Below, piece after piece: positions 38,839-47,923 of a stretch of 64,000 nt of DNA (position 1 is the first letter of the stretch; every line of letters starts with the position of its first letter). Origin of the DNA: Myxococcota bacterium (GTDB lineage Bacteria > Myxococcota_A > Polyangia > Nannocystales > Nannocystaceae); NCBI GenBank assembly GCA_039194325.1, contig JBCCWC010000003.1:160001-224000 (forward strand), written 5' to 3'. Made by a program: the position numbers and the translations under genes. The notes beneath the pieces were generated by a model. The model worked only from the letters and a program-made list of their open reading frames with translations, searched no databases and had not been told where the DNA came from.

Positions 38839-39042
38839 ATGATCGTCTGTCTGTGCAAGGGAGTCTCCAGCCGCACCATCAACGATGAGGTGCGTCGGGG
38901 GAATTGCACGGTCAAGGGCATCGCCCAGGCTTGCCAGGCGGGGCGCGATTGTGGCTCCTGCGTGCCTCAGATCCGCGAATTGATCAGCGCGGCGGGGGTT
39001 GCGGTTCGGGCGCGCGGGGGCGATGTCCCCCAGGGGCGCTAG
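38839..39042 (+). CDS. bfd: Bacterioferritin-associated ferredoxin
   Basis: MIVCLCKGV...CGSC, directly upstream of bfr. Confidence 0.9.
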   Translation: MIVCLCKGVSSRTINDEVRRGNCTVKGIAQACQAGRDCGSCVPQIRELISAAGVAVRARGGDVPQGR

Positions 39043-39093
39043 TTCCGCGGCTCTTTAGAGCCGGGCCCGAGCCGTGGTGGACGCCGCGCGATC

Positions 39094-39110
39094 TTGAAAG
39101 CCGCTTTCAA
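39094..39110. promoter_or_regulatory. Second Fur-like palindrome, upstream of bfr
   Basis: TTGAAA-GCCGC-TTTCAA. Confidence 0.6.
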
Positions 39111-39238
39111 TGTCCACGGTTAGAGCCCGGCGTAGGGTCCTCGTGGAGCATCGAGGACGAATTCCGTTTTCGTATTCAGGTAAGCGCCCGAAATTCTTGC
39201 CTTTTCATGGAGCGACGTCGTGCTAGCGTCGGCTCGCC

Positions 39239-39709
39239 ATGAAGGGCTCCGACAAGGTCATTGAGCTACTCAACGAGGTCCTCACCTCGGAACTCACCGC
39301 CATCAACCAGTACTTCATCCACGCCAAGATGTGCGCCGATTGGGGCTATGCGCGATTGGCGAAGAAGATCCGTGACGAGTCGATCGACGAGATGAAGCAC
39401 GCCGACGAGCTCATCGAGCGGATCTTGTTCTTGGAGGGAGTGCCCAATGTGCAGCGCTACGGAAAGATTAACGTAGGGGAGACGGTCAGCGAGCAGTTCC
39501 AGCTCGACCTCCAGCTGGAGTACGAGGCGATCGCGCGGTTGCGCGACGGAATCGCGCTTTGTCGGGAAGAAAAAGACGAAGCCTCGCGGGATCTGCTCGA
39601 GCACATCCTCGTCAGCGAAGAGGAGCACACCGACTGGCTAGAGTCGCAGATAGAGCTGACTCGGCAGGTGGGTGTGGAGAGCTATCTCGCGCAGCAGATC
39701 CGAGAGTAG
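39239..39709 (+). CDS. bfr: Bacterioferritin
   Basis: [43 protein letters not shown]. Confidence 0.97.
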   Translation: MKGSDKVIELLNEVLTSELTAINQYFIHAKMCADWGYARLAKKIRDESIDEMKHADELIERILFLEGVPNVQRYGKINVGETVSEQFQLDLQLEYEAIARLRDGIALCREEKDEASRDLLEHILVSEEEHTDWLESQIELTRQVGVESYLAQQIRE

Positions 39710-39764
39710 AGCGGGCGTCTGCCGGGATCGAGCGCGAGTGCTTCAGGTGCTCGCGCTCTTGCGT

Positions 39765-40571
39765 TCAGGCCCCGGTGGAGCCCAGCCACAGCCATAGCAG
39801 CAGCACCGCTACCGCCAGGCCGATCACCACGGCCAGCTTCGTTCGGTCCAGGGGAGCGCGGCCGGTGATCTTGCCCGTCTGGCCGTTGATGACGAAGCGC
39901 CAGGGGCGATCTCGATAGCGGAAGCTCCCGATGTAGATCGGTACCATCAGCAGGCGGGCCCCGCGAATTCGCATGCTGGTGCTGCAATTGCACCGCTGGA
40001 GACGATGGGCCTGCATGATCTTGTGGCGATGCTCGGCCTGTAGCCGCCGTCGCGCTTGCTCGGAGGCGGCGCGCTCCGAGAGCGCTGGGATCTCGTGGGG
40101 TACGCCCTCGTCGAAGCGCACCGCGATCCCCTCGTCAAAGGGCTGTAGCGCCGACAGCTCGGCCTCGCGCAGGCCCATCGATGCGGGCACCTGGCAGGTC
40201 AGCTCGGCGTGCTCCACTCCCGCGCGGGGTCGAGCGCCGCTGCGGGTTGCCGCGCGGACCAAGCCTGCCCAGTGGGTCTCGAGCGAGGCGTCGAAGCGCC
40301 AGGCGGGAAGCTGCAGCTCGCTCAGCTCGATGGTCAGCTGGCGCAGCGGCTTGGGGTACCACCACGACGAGCGCGCCCAGCGACGATAGTGCTGATCGGC
40401 GATCTTGCGGGAGATCTCGAAGGGGAGCATCACGTCGGGGCGCAGGATCGCCTCGTGGCCTTCGTCGGCGTGGAGGGCCACGCTGCCGCAGAACAGGCAG
40501 CGGGCCGCTTCGCGACCCGCGTCGTAGACGACGCGACCTCCGCAGGCGTCGCACTGGACGACCTGAGTCAT
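39765..40571 (-). CDS. Zn-ribbon protein with C-terminal membrane anchor
   Basis: CDAC..CLFC, MLPF, INGQTGKITGRAP, TM. Confidence 0.75.
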   Translation of the reverse strand: MTQVVQCDACGGRVVYDAGREAARCLFCGSVALHADEGHEAILRPDVMLPFEISRKIADQHYRRWARSSWWYPKPLRQLTIELSELQLPAWRFDASLETHWAGLVRAATRSGARPRAGVEHAELTCQVPASMGLREAELSALQPFDEGIAVRFDEGVPHEIPALSERAASEQARRRLQAEHRHKIMQAHRLQRCNCSTSMRIRGARLLMVPIYIGSFRYRDRPWRFVINGQTGKITGRAPLDRTKLAVVIGLAVAVLLLWLWLGSTGA

Positions 40572-41485
40572 GCGGACAGCCTCCAGGCGAGTACCGCGGC
40601 GATCGCTACGGCGATGAGCACCGCGAGGGTGAGCTTGGCGGGGGAGACCGGGGCGCGCCCATGACAACGGCCGGTCTGGCCGTTGACCAGCAGACGATGG
40701 ACCCGGCCGGCGTGGTTGAGCGCGGCGACCCACACCGGCAGCAGGACCAGCTCGGTCTCGGTCAGGTCGACCTGGCATGACACCCGGGTGCCCCGGTGCG
40801 TGTCGCCGGGGAGGTGCTCTCGACCGATCCGCTTGATCTCGCGGGCTCGGATCTGCTGGTGGGCGTCACGGTCGATCTGTTGCCGCTCACGCGAGGGCAG
40901 CTCGGCGGACCACCCCGCCAGCAGGCGAGCGTCGAAGGAACGCGCCCGGCCCAGGTCGAAGGGTTGTAGGGCGGCGACCTCTTGGGTGCTCAGGCCAACC
41001 GATGCGCTCACGAGGTGGTCGCGAAGCTGCTGGACCGTGGTGCCTCGCAGCGGGAACCACTCGGTGTGGCGCTCGACCTCCTGGCGCTGCTTGCCGTCCT
41101 TGCGGATCGTCTTGGTCTCGTACCAATAGATCCCCACCGTGGTCTCGTAGCGGCTGCGGCAGGTCGCGTCGTAGGCAAAAAACGGCACCAGGACGCCCTC
41201 GACCAGGCGGGCATCGAGGCGACCCCGTCGAGCCGAGCGCCGCAGGGACTCGGGCGCCCACCAGCGGGCGGCGATGTGCTGTCGCAGCCGATCTTCGGCG
41301 GCCGAGGCCGAGATCCGAAAGGGGGCGACCCGATCGATGCGGGGGCGGGCCACGTGCGTCTCCACCAGGGCTGAGGCGCAGTAACTACATGTATGGCTGA
41401 TCCGCTCGGCAGGCTGGGTGATCACCGCCCCGCATGAGGGGCACGAGCGCAGCGACCACGCGTGTTCGGGCTCGGCGGGGGGCAT
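40568..41485 (-). CDS. Zn-ribbon protein, paralog of the downstream gene
   Basis: CPSC..CSYC, VAPF, LQPFD, VNGQTGRCHGRAP, TM; ATGA overlap. Confidence 0.8.
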   Translation of the reverse strand: MPPAEPEHAWSLRSCPSCGAVITQPAERISHTCSYCASALVETHVARPRIDRVAPFRISASAAEDRLRQHIAARWWAPESLRRSARRGRLDARLVEGVLVPFFAYDATCRSRYETTVGIYWYETKTIRKDGKQRQEVERHTEWFPLRGTTVQQLRDHLVSASVGLSTQEVAALQPFDLGRARSFDARLLAGWSAELPSRERQQIDRDAHQQIRAREIKRIGREHLPGDTHRGTRVSCQVDLTETELVLLPVWVAALNHAGRVHRLLVNGQTGRCHGRAPVSPAKLTLAVLIAVAIAAVLAWRLSA

Positions 41486-41768
41486 CGGAGCCGGGTGATG
41501 CTACCAGCGCCGAACACGTCGCGGGATGCTCGGCCGGCTCAAGTGCAGCTCATGCGAGAAATCGATGGTGAGAGGGTAATAGTTCAGCGGCTCGCACCGT
41601 TGACCTGGGTGAGGCCACAGTGATGCTGCACAGTGCGTCGCCGCCTCTGGACTGTTTGTCATCCGAAACGAAGGCACGGCTCATCCACCCCGTGCTCCCT
41701 CCCAATCTGGCCGACTGACCAATCAGGCCGACCAATCAGGCCGACCAACCCGACCGACCAACCCGGCT

Positions 41769-41814
41769 GACGCGGCTGTACGAGCGACCTTTTCTCCGCT
41801 CGGACAGCCGCGTC
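41769..41814. other. Strong intergenic stem-loop
   Basis: GACGCGGCTGT-A-CGAGCG / CGCTCG-G-ACAGCCGCGTC with a 10-nt loop. Confidence 0.6.
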
Positions 41815-41879
41815 GCTGTTTCACTTCGGGCTGCTAGGCGACTCGATGCGTCGGCGAGCTCGTCGGCGGGACTGGTAAA

Positions 41880-42317
41880 GTGGCGCTCGTGCTCCGCTCG
41901 CGTCTCGTTCTCGGCGTGGTCCTCGGTCTTGCGGCCTGCAACAAGGGACCAACCCCCCCGATCCCCACCGACGTCGCGGCCCCTCCCGCCGAGGCAAAGA
42001 CCACCGCATCGGGGTTGGCGTGGCGTGTGTTGACGCCGGGCACCGGCACCGAGCATCCGAGCCGGAGCAGCACCGTCACCGTGCACTACTCGGGGTGGAC
42101 CACCGACGGCGAGATGTTCGACAGCTCGGTGCGTCGTGGTTCGCCGACGAGCTTTGGCCTCGGCCAGGTGATCCCGGGATGGACCGAGGGCGTGCAGCTG
42201 ATGGTGGTGGGCGAGAAGAGCCGGTTTTGGATCCCTGAGGGACTCGCGTACAAGGGCGTCCCTGGGCGACCGCAAGGGATGCTCGTGTTCGACATCGAGC
42301 TGCTGGCCATCGAGTAG
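41880..42317 (+). CDS. FKBP-type peptidyl-prolyl isomerase (lipoprotein)
   Basis: Lipobox LAAC; VTVHYSG..DGEMFDSS, QVIPGWTEG, IPEGLAY, LVFDIEL. Confidence 0.93.
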   Translation: MALVLRSRLVLGVVLGLAACNKGPTPPIPTDVAAPPAEAKTTASGLAWRVLTPGTGTEHPSRSSTVTVHYSGWTTDGEMFDSSVRRGSPTSFGLGQVIPGWTEGVQLMVVGEKSRFWIPEGLAYKGVPGRPQGMLVFDIELLAIE

Positions 42318-42584
42318 ACATCGCGTGCTCGATTTCCTTCCTCTGGGGGCAGCAGGCCTCGGGTGTGCACATCGCAGGCGACAGGCACGAGCAAGTTCGA
42401 CCCGGTGCTCGTTCACTCCCGGCGACGGGGCTAGGGGTGCAGGGCGTAGCGCGAGCTACGGGCATGACACTAAGCGATGGAAACCAAGGTGGGTTCGACA
42501 ACCGCGGTAACGAAGCGGAAAGTTTTCTTCCGGATCGAGTCGAATTGAACGGACAAAATCCGCCGTGATCGTACTTCCCCTCTG

Positions 42585-44309
42585 ATGGAGAGGGGAACGG
42601 TGACCGCCTGCCTGGCGCTGTCGCTGGCGGCAATGCCCGCTTGCTACTCCGGCGTGGGCCTGGACAACCTCGACGTCGGGATCGGTACCGGTCCCGGCGG
42701 GGGCACTGATGATGATGACGCGGGCAGCGAGGACGATGGTCCGCCGCCTGCGGCCGCATGCCTGGAAGGGGGCGTCGGGGAGCAGCCGCTGCGTCGCCTG
42801 ACCCGCTCCCAGTACAACAACGTCGTTCGTGATCTCCTGGGGATCGAAGGCGATCCCGCGGCGGTATTCCCCGCCGACGAGAAGCTGGGATCCTTCTACA
42901 GCAACGGGGTCGCCCCGGTCAGCGATCTGCTGGTCGAGCAGTACATGGACGTGGCCGAGGAGCTGGCCACGGAGGCGGTGACCGACCTGGGGACGCTGCT
43001 GCCTTGTGACCCGGGGATGATGGGCGAGGACGCGTGCGCCGACGAGTTCATCGAGAGCTTCGGGCGCCGGGCGCTTCGGCGGCCGCTCGAAGCGGCCGAG
43101 TTGCAGCAGCTACGCGACCTGTTCGCCACGGGTCGTGACGAGGAGAGCTTCGACGACGGGATCCGCTTGGTGGTGCAGGCGCTGCTCCAGTCGCCGTACC
43201 TGCTGTACCACGTGGAGTTGGGCGTAGAGCCGGGCGTGGAGCCGGGCGAGCCCGCGGGCGCCGGCGAGCTCAAGGCACCGCTCGGCCAGTACGAGCTGGC
43301 CTCCCGGCTGTCGTTCTTCCTTTGGGACACCATGCCCGACGACGATCTGCTCGACGCGGCGGACGCATCCGAGCTGAGCACGCCCGAGCAGCTGCGGGCT
43401 CAGGCGGAGCGAATGCTCGCCGACCCGCGCGCCCGCGATGCGATCGCGTCGTTCCATCTACAGTGGATGGGGATCGACGATCTCGCGGGATCCGAGAAGG
43501 ATCCGGATCTGTTCCCCGGGTACGACCAGGCCCTCAAGCAGGCCATGGAGGATGAGACGGCCAACTTCGCCAACTGGGTGATCCTGGAGGGCGACGGCCG
43601 CCTTGAGACCCTGCTGAGCGCGCCGATGAGCGTGATCGACGGCCCGCTCTTCGAGCTCTACGGCATGGAGCCGCCGGCGGACTACGTGCCCGGAGAGCCG
43701 GTGGATCTGCCCGCGGACGAGCGCGCGGGGCTGCTCACCCACGCCAGCGTGCTGGCCAAGAACGCCCACGTCGACCAGAGCTCGCCGGTGCACCGCGGGG
43801 TGATGGTGCGCCAGAACGTGATGTGCCAGGCGCTGCCTCCGGCTCCCGAAGACGTGGACAACGTGCCCCCCGATCCCGACCCGAACGCGACCACCCGGGA
43901 GCGCTTCGCGGAGCACCTCGAGAACGAGGCGTGCGCCGAGTGTCACCGGCTGATCGACGGGATCGGCTTTGGCTTCGAGCACTACGACGCGGTCGGGGCC
44001 TACCGCACGAAGGAGGGCGATCTGCCGGTCGACGCTACCGGCGAGGTCATCGCGGCCGGCGAGTCCGACGGCCCCTTCGACGGCGCGGTCGAGCTGGCCC
44101 AGCGCCTGGCCGTGAGCGATGTGGTGCGCCAGTGCACGTCCCAACAATGGTTCAACTTCGCGCTGGGGCGCGTGCCTGGTGAGGAGGACGAGTGCTCGAC
44201 CGACCAGCTCCACCAGACCTTCGTCGATAGCGACTACGACGTTCGGGAGCTAATCTTCGCCGTCGTAACCACCGACGCCTTCCGCTTCCGCAAGCTGTCC
44301 GCGGAGTAG
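42585..44309 (+). CDS. DUF1587/1595/1592/1588/1585 domain lipoprotein
   Basis: LRRLTRSQYNNVVRDLLG, ELASRLSFFLW, ERAGLLT, SSPVHRG, CAECH, GFGFEHYD. Confidence 0.9.
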   Translation: MERGTVTACLALSLAAMPACYSGVGLDNLDVGIGTGPGGGTDDDDAGSEDDGPPPAAACLEGGVGEQPLRRLTRSQYNNVVRDLLGIEGDPAAVFPADEKLGSFYSNGVAPVSDLLVEQYMDVAEELATEAVTDLGTLLPCDPGMMGEDACADEFIESFGRRALRRPLEAAELQQLRDLFATGRDEESFDDGIRLVVQALLQSPYLLYHVELGVEPGVEPGEPAGAGELKAPLGQYELASRLSFFLWDTMPDDDLLDAADASELSTPEQLRAQAERMLADPRARDAIASFHLQWMGIDDLAGSEKDPDLFPGYDQALKQAMEDETANFANWVILEGDGRLETLLSAPMSVIDGPLFELYGMEPPADYVPGEPVDLPADERAGLLTHASVLAKNAHVDQSSPVHRGVMVRQNVMCQALPPAPEDVDNVPPDPDPNATTRERFAEHLENEACAECHRLIDGIGFGFEHYDAVGAYRTKEGDLPVDATGEVIAAGESDGPFDGAVELAQRLAVSDVVRQCTSQQWFNFALGRVPGEEDECSTDQLHQTFVDSDYDVRELIFAVVTTDAFRFRKLSAE

Positions 44310-44314
44310 TAGCC

Positions 44315-45655
44315 ATGCGCACGCCGAGCCGATCGCCCATCAACCCTCGCTTCTCACGGCGCGCCTTGCTGGGCAGCCTGGGAGCGACCGCCGCTCTGGC
44401 CCCCTTTGTGCCCTTGCTCGAGACGCAGGCCGCCGAGGGCCCCCCGCTGCGCCTTTGCCTGATGTTCTCCGCCAACGGCACGATCCGCGACGCCTGGCTG
44501 CCCAGCGGATCGGTGAACGACTTCGTGCTCGGGCCGATCCTCTCGCCGCTCGAGTCGATCCGCGACGAGATCGTCGTGATCGACGGCCTGCGCTACAACA
44601 ACGGCGGGGCGGGCAACCGGCACATGTCGGGGCCGAGCAAGTTCACCTGCGGCACGGGTCTGCTCGACGGCGGCGAGTTCTCGGGCGGTGGTGACGCGAG
44701 CAGCGGCTGGGGCGGTGGCACCTCGATCGACCAGGTCTATGCCGAGCAGTCGGGCAAGCAGACCCCCTTCAAGTCGCTGGAGCTGGGCGTGCGGGTCAAC
44801 TCGGCCAACCCGCGGACCCGCCTGTCCTACTCGGGGCCCAACCAGCCGATCCCGCCCGAGAGCGACCCCTCGGAGGTCTTTGGCCGCCTGTTCGCCGAGT
44901 TTGGGCAGGACCAGGCGACGATCGCCAAGCTCAAGGCCGAGCGTCGCAGCGTGCTCGATGTGGTCAAGAGCCAGGCCGACGCCCTCGAGCAGAAGCTGGG
45001 CAGCGCCGACCGCGAGAAGCTCGAGGCTCACCTCGATGGCCTCGGCGAGATCGAAAAGCGCCTCGACCTCGATTCCAACGTGGGCGCCGCGTGCGAGGTG
45101 CCCGACATCGGCGACCCGCCCGACCACAACTCGAGCGCCAACTACCCGGAGATCACCCGCCTGCAGCTGGATCTGCTGGTCATGGCCTTCGCGTGCGACC
45201 TGACCCGGTCGTCTACCTTCATGTGGAACGGCTCGACCAGCGGTCAGACCTTCCCCTGGCTAGACATCAGCGAGAGCCACCACGACCTCAGCCACGAGGG
45301 CGACAGCAACGAGGACGCCCAGAACAAGCTCGTCCAGATCAACACCTGGTACGCCGAGCAGTTCGCGTACTTCGTCGATCGTCTGCGGCAGATCCCCGAG
45401 GGTGACGGGACCATGCTCGACAACACGATCGTGCTGTGGGGCAACGAGCTGGGCAAGGGCAACAACCACACCCACAACCAGATCCCCTTCGTGATGGCCG
45501 GCGGGCGCAACACCGGGATCACGCCAGGGCGCTTCTTGCAATTCGACGGGGTCGAGAACAATCGCTTGCTGGTCTCGGTGCTCAACGCGCTGGGGATCGA
45601 CGTAGACACCTACGGCGAGCTCGACAATGGGAGCGGGCCGCTACCGGGGCTGTGA
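44315..45655 (+). CDS. DUF1552 protein (Tat-exported)
   Basis: SRRALL Tat motif; TSIDQ, AFACDLTR, HHDLSH, EGDGTMLDNT; usual partner of DUF1592 genes. Confidence 0.9.
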   Translation: MRTPSRSPINPRFSRRALLGSLGATAALAPFVPLLETQAAEGPPLRLCLMFSANGTIRDAWLPSGSVNDFVLGPILSPLESIRDEIVVIDGLRYNNGGAGNRHMSGPSKFTCGTGLLDGGEFSGGGDASSGWGGGTSIDQVYAEQSGKQTPFKSLELGVRVNSANPRTRLSYSGPNQPIPPESDPSEVFGRLFAEFGQDQATIAKLKAERRSVLDVVKSQADALEQKLGSADREKLEAHLDGLGEIEKRLDLDSNVGAACEVPDIGDPPDHNSSANYPEITRLQLDLLVMAFACDLTRSSTFMWNGSTSGQTFPWLDISESHHDLSHEGDSNEDAQNKLVQINTWYAEQFAYFVDRLRQIPEGDGTMLDNTIVLWGNELGKGNNHTHNQIPFVMAGGRNTGITPGRFLQFDGVENNRLLVSVLNALGIDVDTYGELDNGSGPLPGL

Positions 45656-45701
45656 GCTGTAGCGAGCCGACCGGGCCGCGGCCACCGGGGGGGTGCCGCG
45701 G

Positions 45702-46613
45702 TCAGGTCGGCCCGTCTGCACCGGGCAAGAAGCCCGCGGCCACCAGTGAGGGGGCGCCCGCGGTGCGGCGCCCAAACGCGAGCAATTGCGCAAAGGGGAC
45801 GTGCATCGTCCGACGTGCGTCGACCCAAAAGCCGGGGTGTGGGTCTTCGACGACTCGTCGCCGTGAGAGCGAGGCGTGGATCACGGTGGTCCCGGTCCCG
45901 ATCCCCACATGGCATCGAGCCTCGCGGTCACTCCATACGAACGAGAGATCTCCAGGACCCCGGCCTTCGCCCGGCCGTGGGGCGATCTGCAGCTGGTCGC
46001 TAGAGTGTCGCGGCACGATGATGCCCAGCGTCTGTCGGCATAGCCGCTGCACGAGCGCCGAGCAGTCGATCCCGTCGGTCGTGATTCCGCCCAGTCGGTA
46101 GGGCGTGCCGATCCATGGCCGGGCGGCGTCGATCAGCGCGAAGGGGTCGTCGTGGTGCGGAGCCACGAGCACTGGAGCCTCCACCACGGGGCCCAGAGGC
46201 TCGTCCAGCCAGCCCACGGTGCCATCACGGCCGCGCACGACCACCGCGCTGACGCGCTCTCCCAGGCGCTGCACCGGGCCGTCCTCGGGCCGTAGCTCGG
46301 TGGCCAGGCGTCGCGTGGGGTCGACGATTGGGCAGGTGGTTTGCAAGGAGGCGGGGCCCACGAGCGCATGCCACCGCCCGCCGGCCATCACCCGGAGCTC
46401 GTGTGTGTCGATCTCCACCGATGGCACGACCTCTCGCACCGCGGCGATCACTCGGGGGAACAGCCGCGCGACCGCGAGTTCACCGCGCAAGCGCAGGTGT
46501 CCGGTCGAGCGGTCGACGTCGACGGTGATCTCCAGGTGGGTCCACCCGTGTCGGGCTTGCAATGCGTCCCGTAGGGCGTCGAGCCGGGCCCGTACGGCCT
46601 GCTCTGTGCTCAC
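45702..46613 (-). CDS. NlpC/P60 (C40) cell-wall peptidase
   Basis: GTG start overlaps the murE-like TGA; PYRLGG...GIDCSALV, HVGI, VIHAS. Confidence 0.85.
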   Translation of the reverse strand: MSTEQAVRARLDALRDALQARHGWTHLEITVDVDRSTGHLRLRGELAVARLFPRVIAAVREVVPSVEIDTHELRVMAGGRWHALVGPASLQTTCPIVDPTRRLATELRPEDGPVQRLGERVSAVVVRGRDGTVGWLDEPLGPVVEAPVLVAPHHDDPFALIDAARPWIGTPYRLGGITTDGIDCSALVQRLCRQTLGIIVPRHSSDQLQIAPRPGEGRGPGDLSFVWSDREARCHVGIGTGTTVIHASLSRRRVVEDPHPGFWVDARRTMHVPFAQLLAFGRRTAGAPSLVAAGFLPGADGPT

Positions 46614-47836
46614 GCGTCCGCGACCCCTGTCAGCCGCCGCACCTCGTCTCGATCGGAGAACGGCAGCGTCTCGCCGCCCACTTCTTGGCCGGTCTCGTGC
46701 CCTTTGCCGGCCACCACCACCACGTCGCCCGAGCGCGCCAGGTCGAGCGCACGTTCGATCGCCAGCCGGCGGTCGAGGCGGATCTCCACCCGTGCGCGCC
46801 CGCCGACCTCCACCCCTTCGACGAGCATCTGCGCGATCTGCTGGGGATCTTCGTCGCGCGGGTTGTCGTTGGTCACGATCGCCACGTCGGCGCGGTTGCC
46901 TACCGCTTCGCCCATGGGCAGGCGCTTGCCCGGCGAGCTGTCTCCGCCCGCGCCAAAGACCACGATGACGTCGCCCGTGGCGAGGCCGCGGGCCGTCTCG
47001 CAGGTACGGGCGAGGGCGTCGGGGGTGTGGGCATAGTCGACGACGACCACCGGCTCGTGGCTGAGGACCTCGAAGCGACCGGGCACGGGCGGGCAGCGAG
47101 CCAGGCCGTCGGCGACCTGCTCGCCGCACAGGCCGGCGGCCAGCGCTGCCGTGGCGGCGGCCAGCGCGTTCTCGGCGTAGACGTCTCCCACCATGCGCAC
47201 CTGGAGCTCGCCGCCGAGGGCCTCGGCCGCCGGCGAGGGGGCCAGCTGAACGAAGGTGCCCGTGGGATCGACGCCCACCGAGGCCGCGGTCAGGTCGGCC
47301 TGGTGCTGGAGCGGGCTGCGGGTGGGGGCGCCATACCAGTGGCGATCGACGTCGCCGGGGATCACTCGGTCGAGCAGTAGGCAGTGGCGATCGGCCGCAT
47401 TGAGCACCGCGACGCGACCGGGCCCCAAGTGGGTGAACAGCTGGGCCTTGGAGGCGAGGTAGTGCTCCCACGAGCCATGGGTCGATAGGTGCTCGGGTGA
47501 GAGGTTGGTGAACACGCCCATGTCGAAGCGCCAGCGCTTGGCGTACCCCTCGGCGAGGCTCTTGCTTGTGCACTCGACCACGGCCCAACGTCCGTCCACA
47601 TCGCGTAGCGCGGCGCATGCATCGACAAAGCCCCTCGCGCTGTGTGGGAGGTCGAGTGGCCGGCCATCGAGGAAGGTCCCCACCGTACTCACGCCCAGGG
47701 CATGCGAGCCGGTGGCGGCGATCACCGAGGTCAGCAGGTGCACGGTGGAGGTCTTGCCGTTGGTCCCCGTAACTCCAAAGGTAAAGAAGTCCTGCGCCCA
47801 CGGTACGGGGGCGGGGGTAGGTCGCTCGATCTCCAC
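46610..47836 (-). CDS. murE: MurE-like Mur ligase lacking the N-terminal domain
   Basis: GVTGTNGKTST about 20 aa from the start; FTNLSPEHL, DYAHTPDAL, DNPR, AGKGHE. Confidence 0.8.
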   Translation of the reverse strand: MEIERPTPAPVPWAQDFFTFGVTGTNGKTSTVHLLTSVIAATGSHALGVSTVGTFLDGRPLDLPHSARGFVDACAALRDVDGRWAVVECTSKSLAEGYAKRWRFDMGVFTNLSPEHLSTHGSWEHYLASKAQLFTHLGPGRVAVLNAADRHCLLLDRVIPGDVDRHWYGAPTRSPLQHQADLTAASVGVDPTGTFVQLAPSPAAEALGGELQVRMVGDVYAENALAAATAALAAGLCGEQVADGLARCPPVPGRFEVLSHEPVVVVDYAHTPDALARTCETARGLATGDVIVVFGAGGDSSPGKRLPMGEAVGNRADVAIVTNDNPRDEDPQQIAQMLVEGVEVGGRARVEIRLDRRLAIERALDLARSGDVVVVAGKGHETGQEVGGETLPFSDRDEVRRLTGVADA

Positions 47837-47923
47837 GCTGAGATCAGAGTAGCCGATCCGGGTGAGTCGCGGTGGGTCGGACCGAGCCGAGGCGAGCTCG
47901 AGGCGAGCCGCGGCGGGTCGGGC

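Noticed and set aside
45702..47801. 699-aa ORF overlapping the murE-like gene
   Set aside because: Only the part from GTG 46613 is protein-like (NlpC/P60); the rest is an off-frame shadow.
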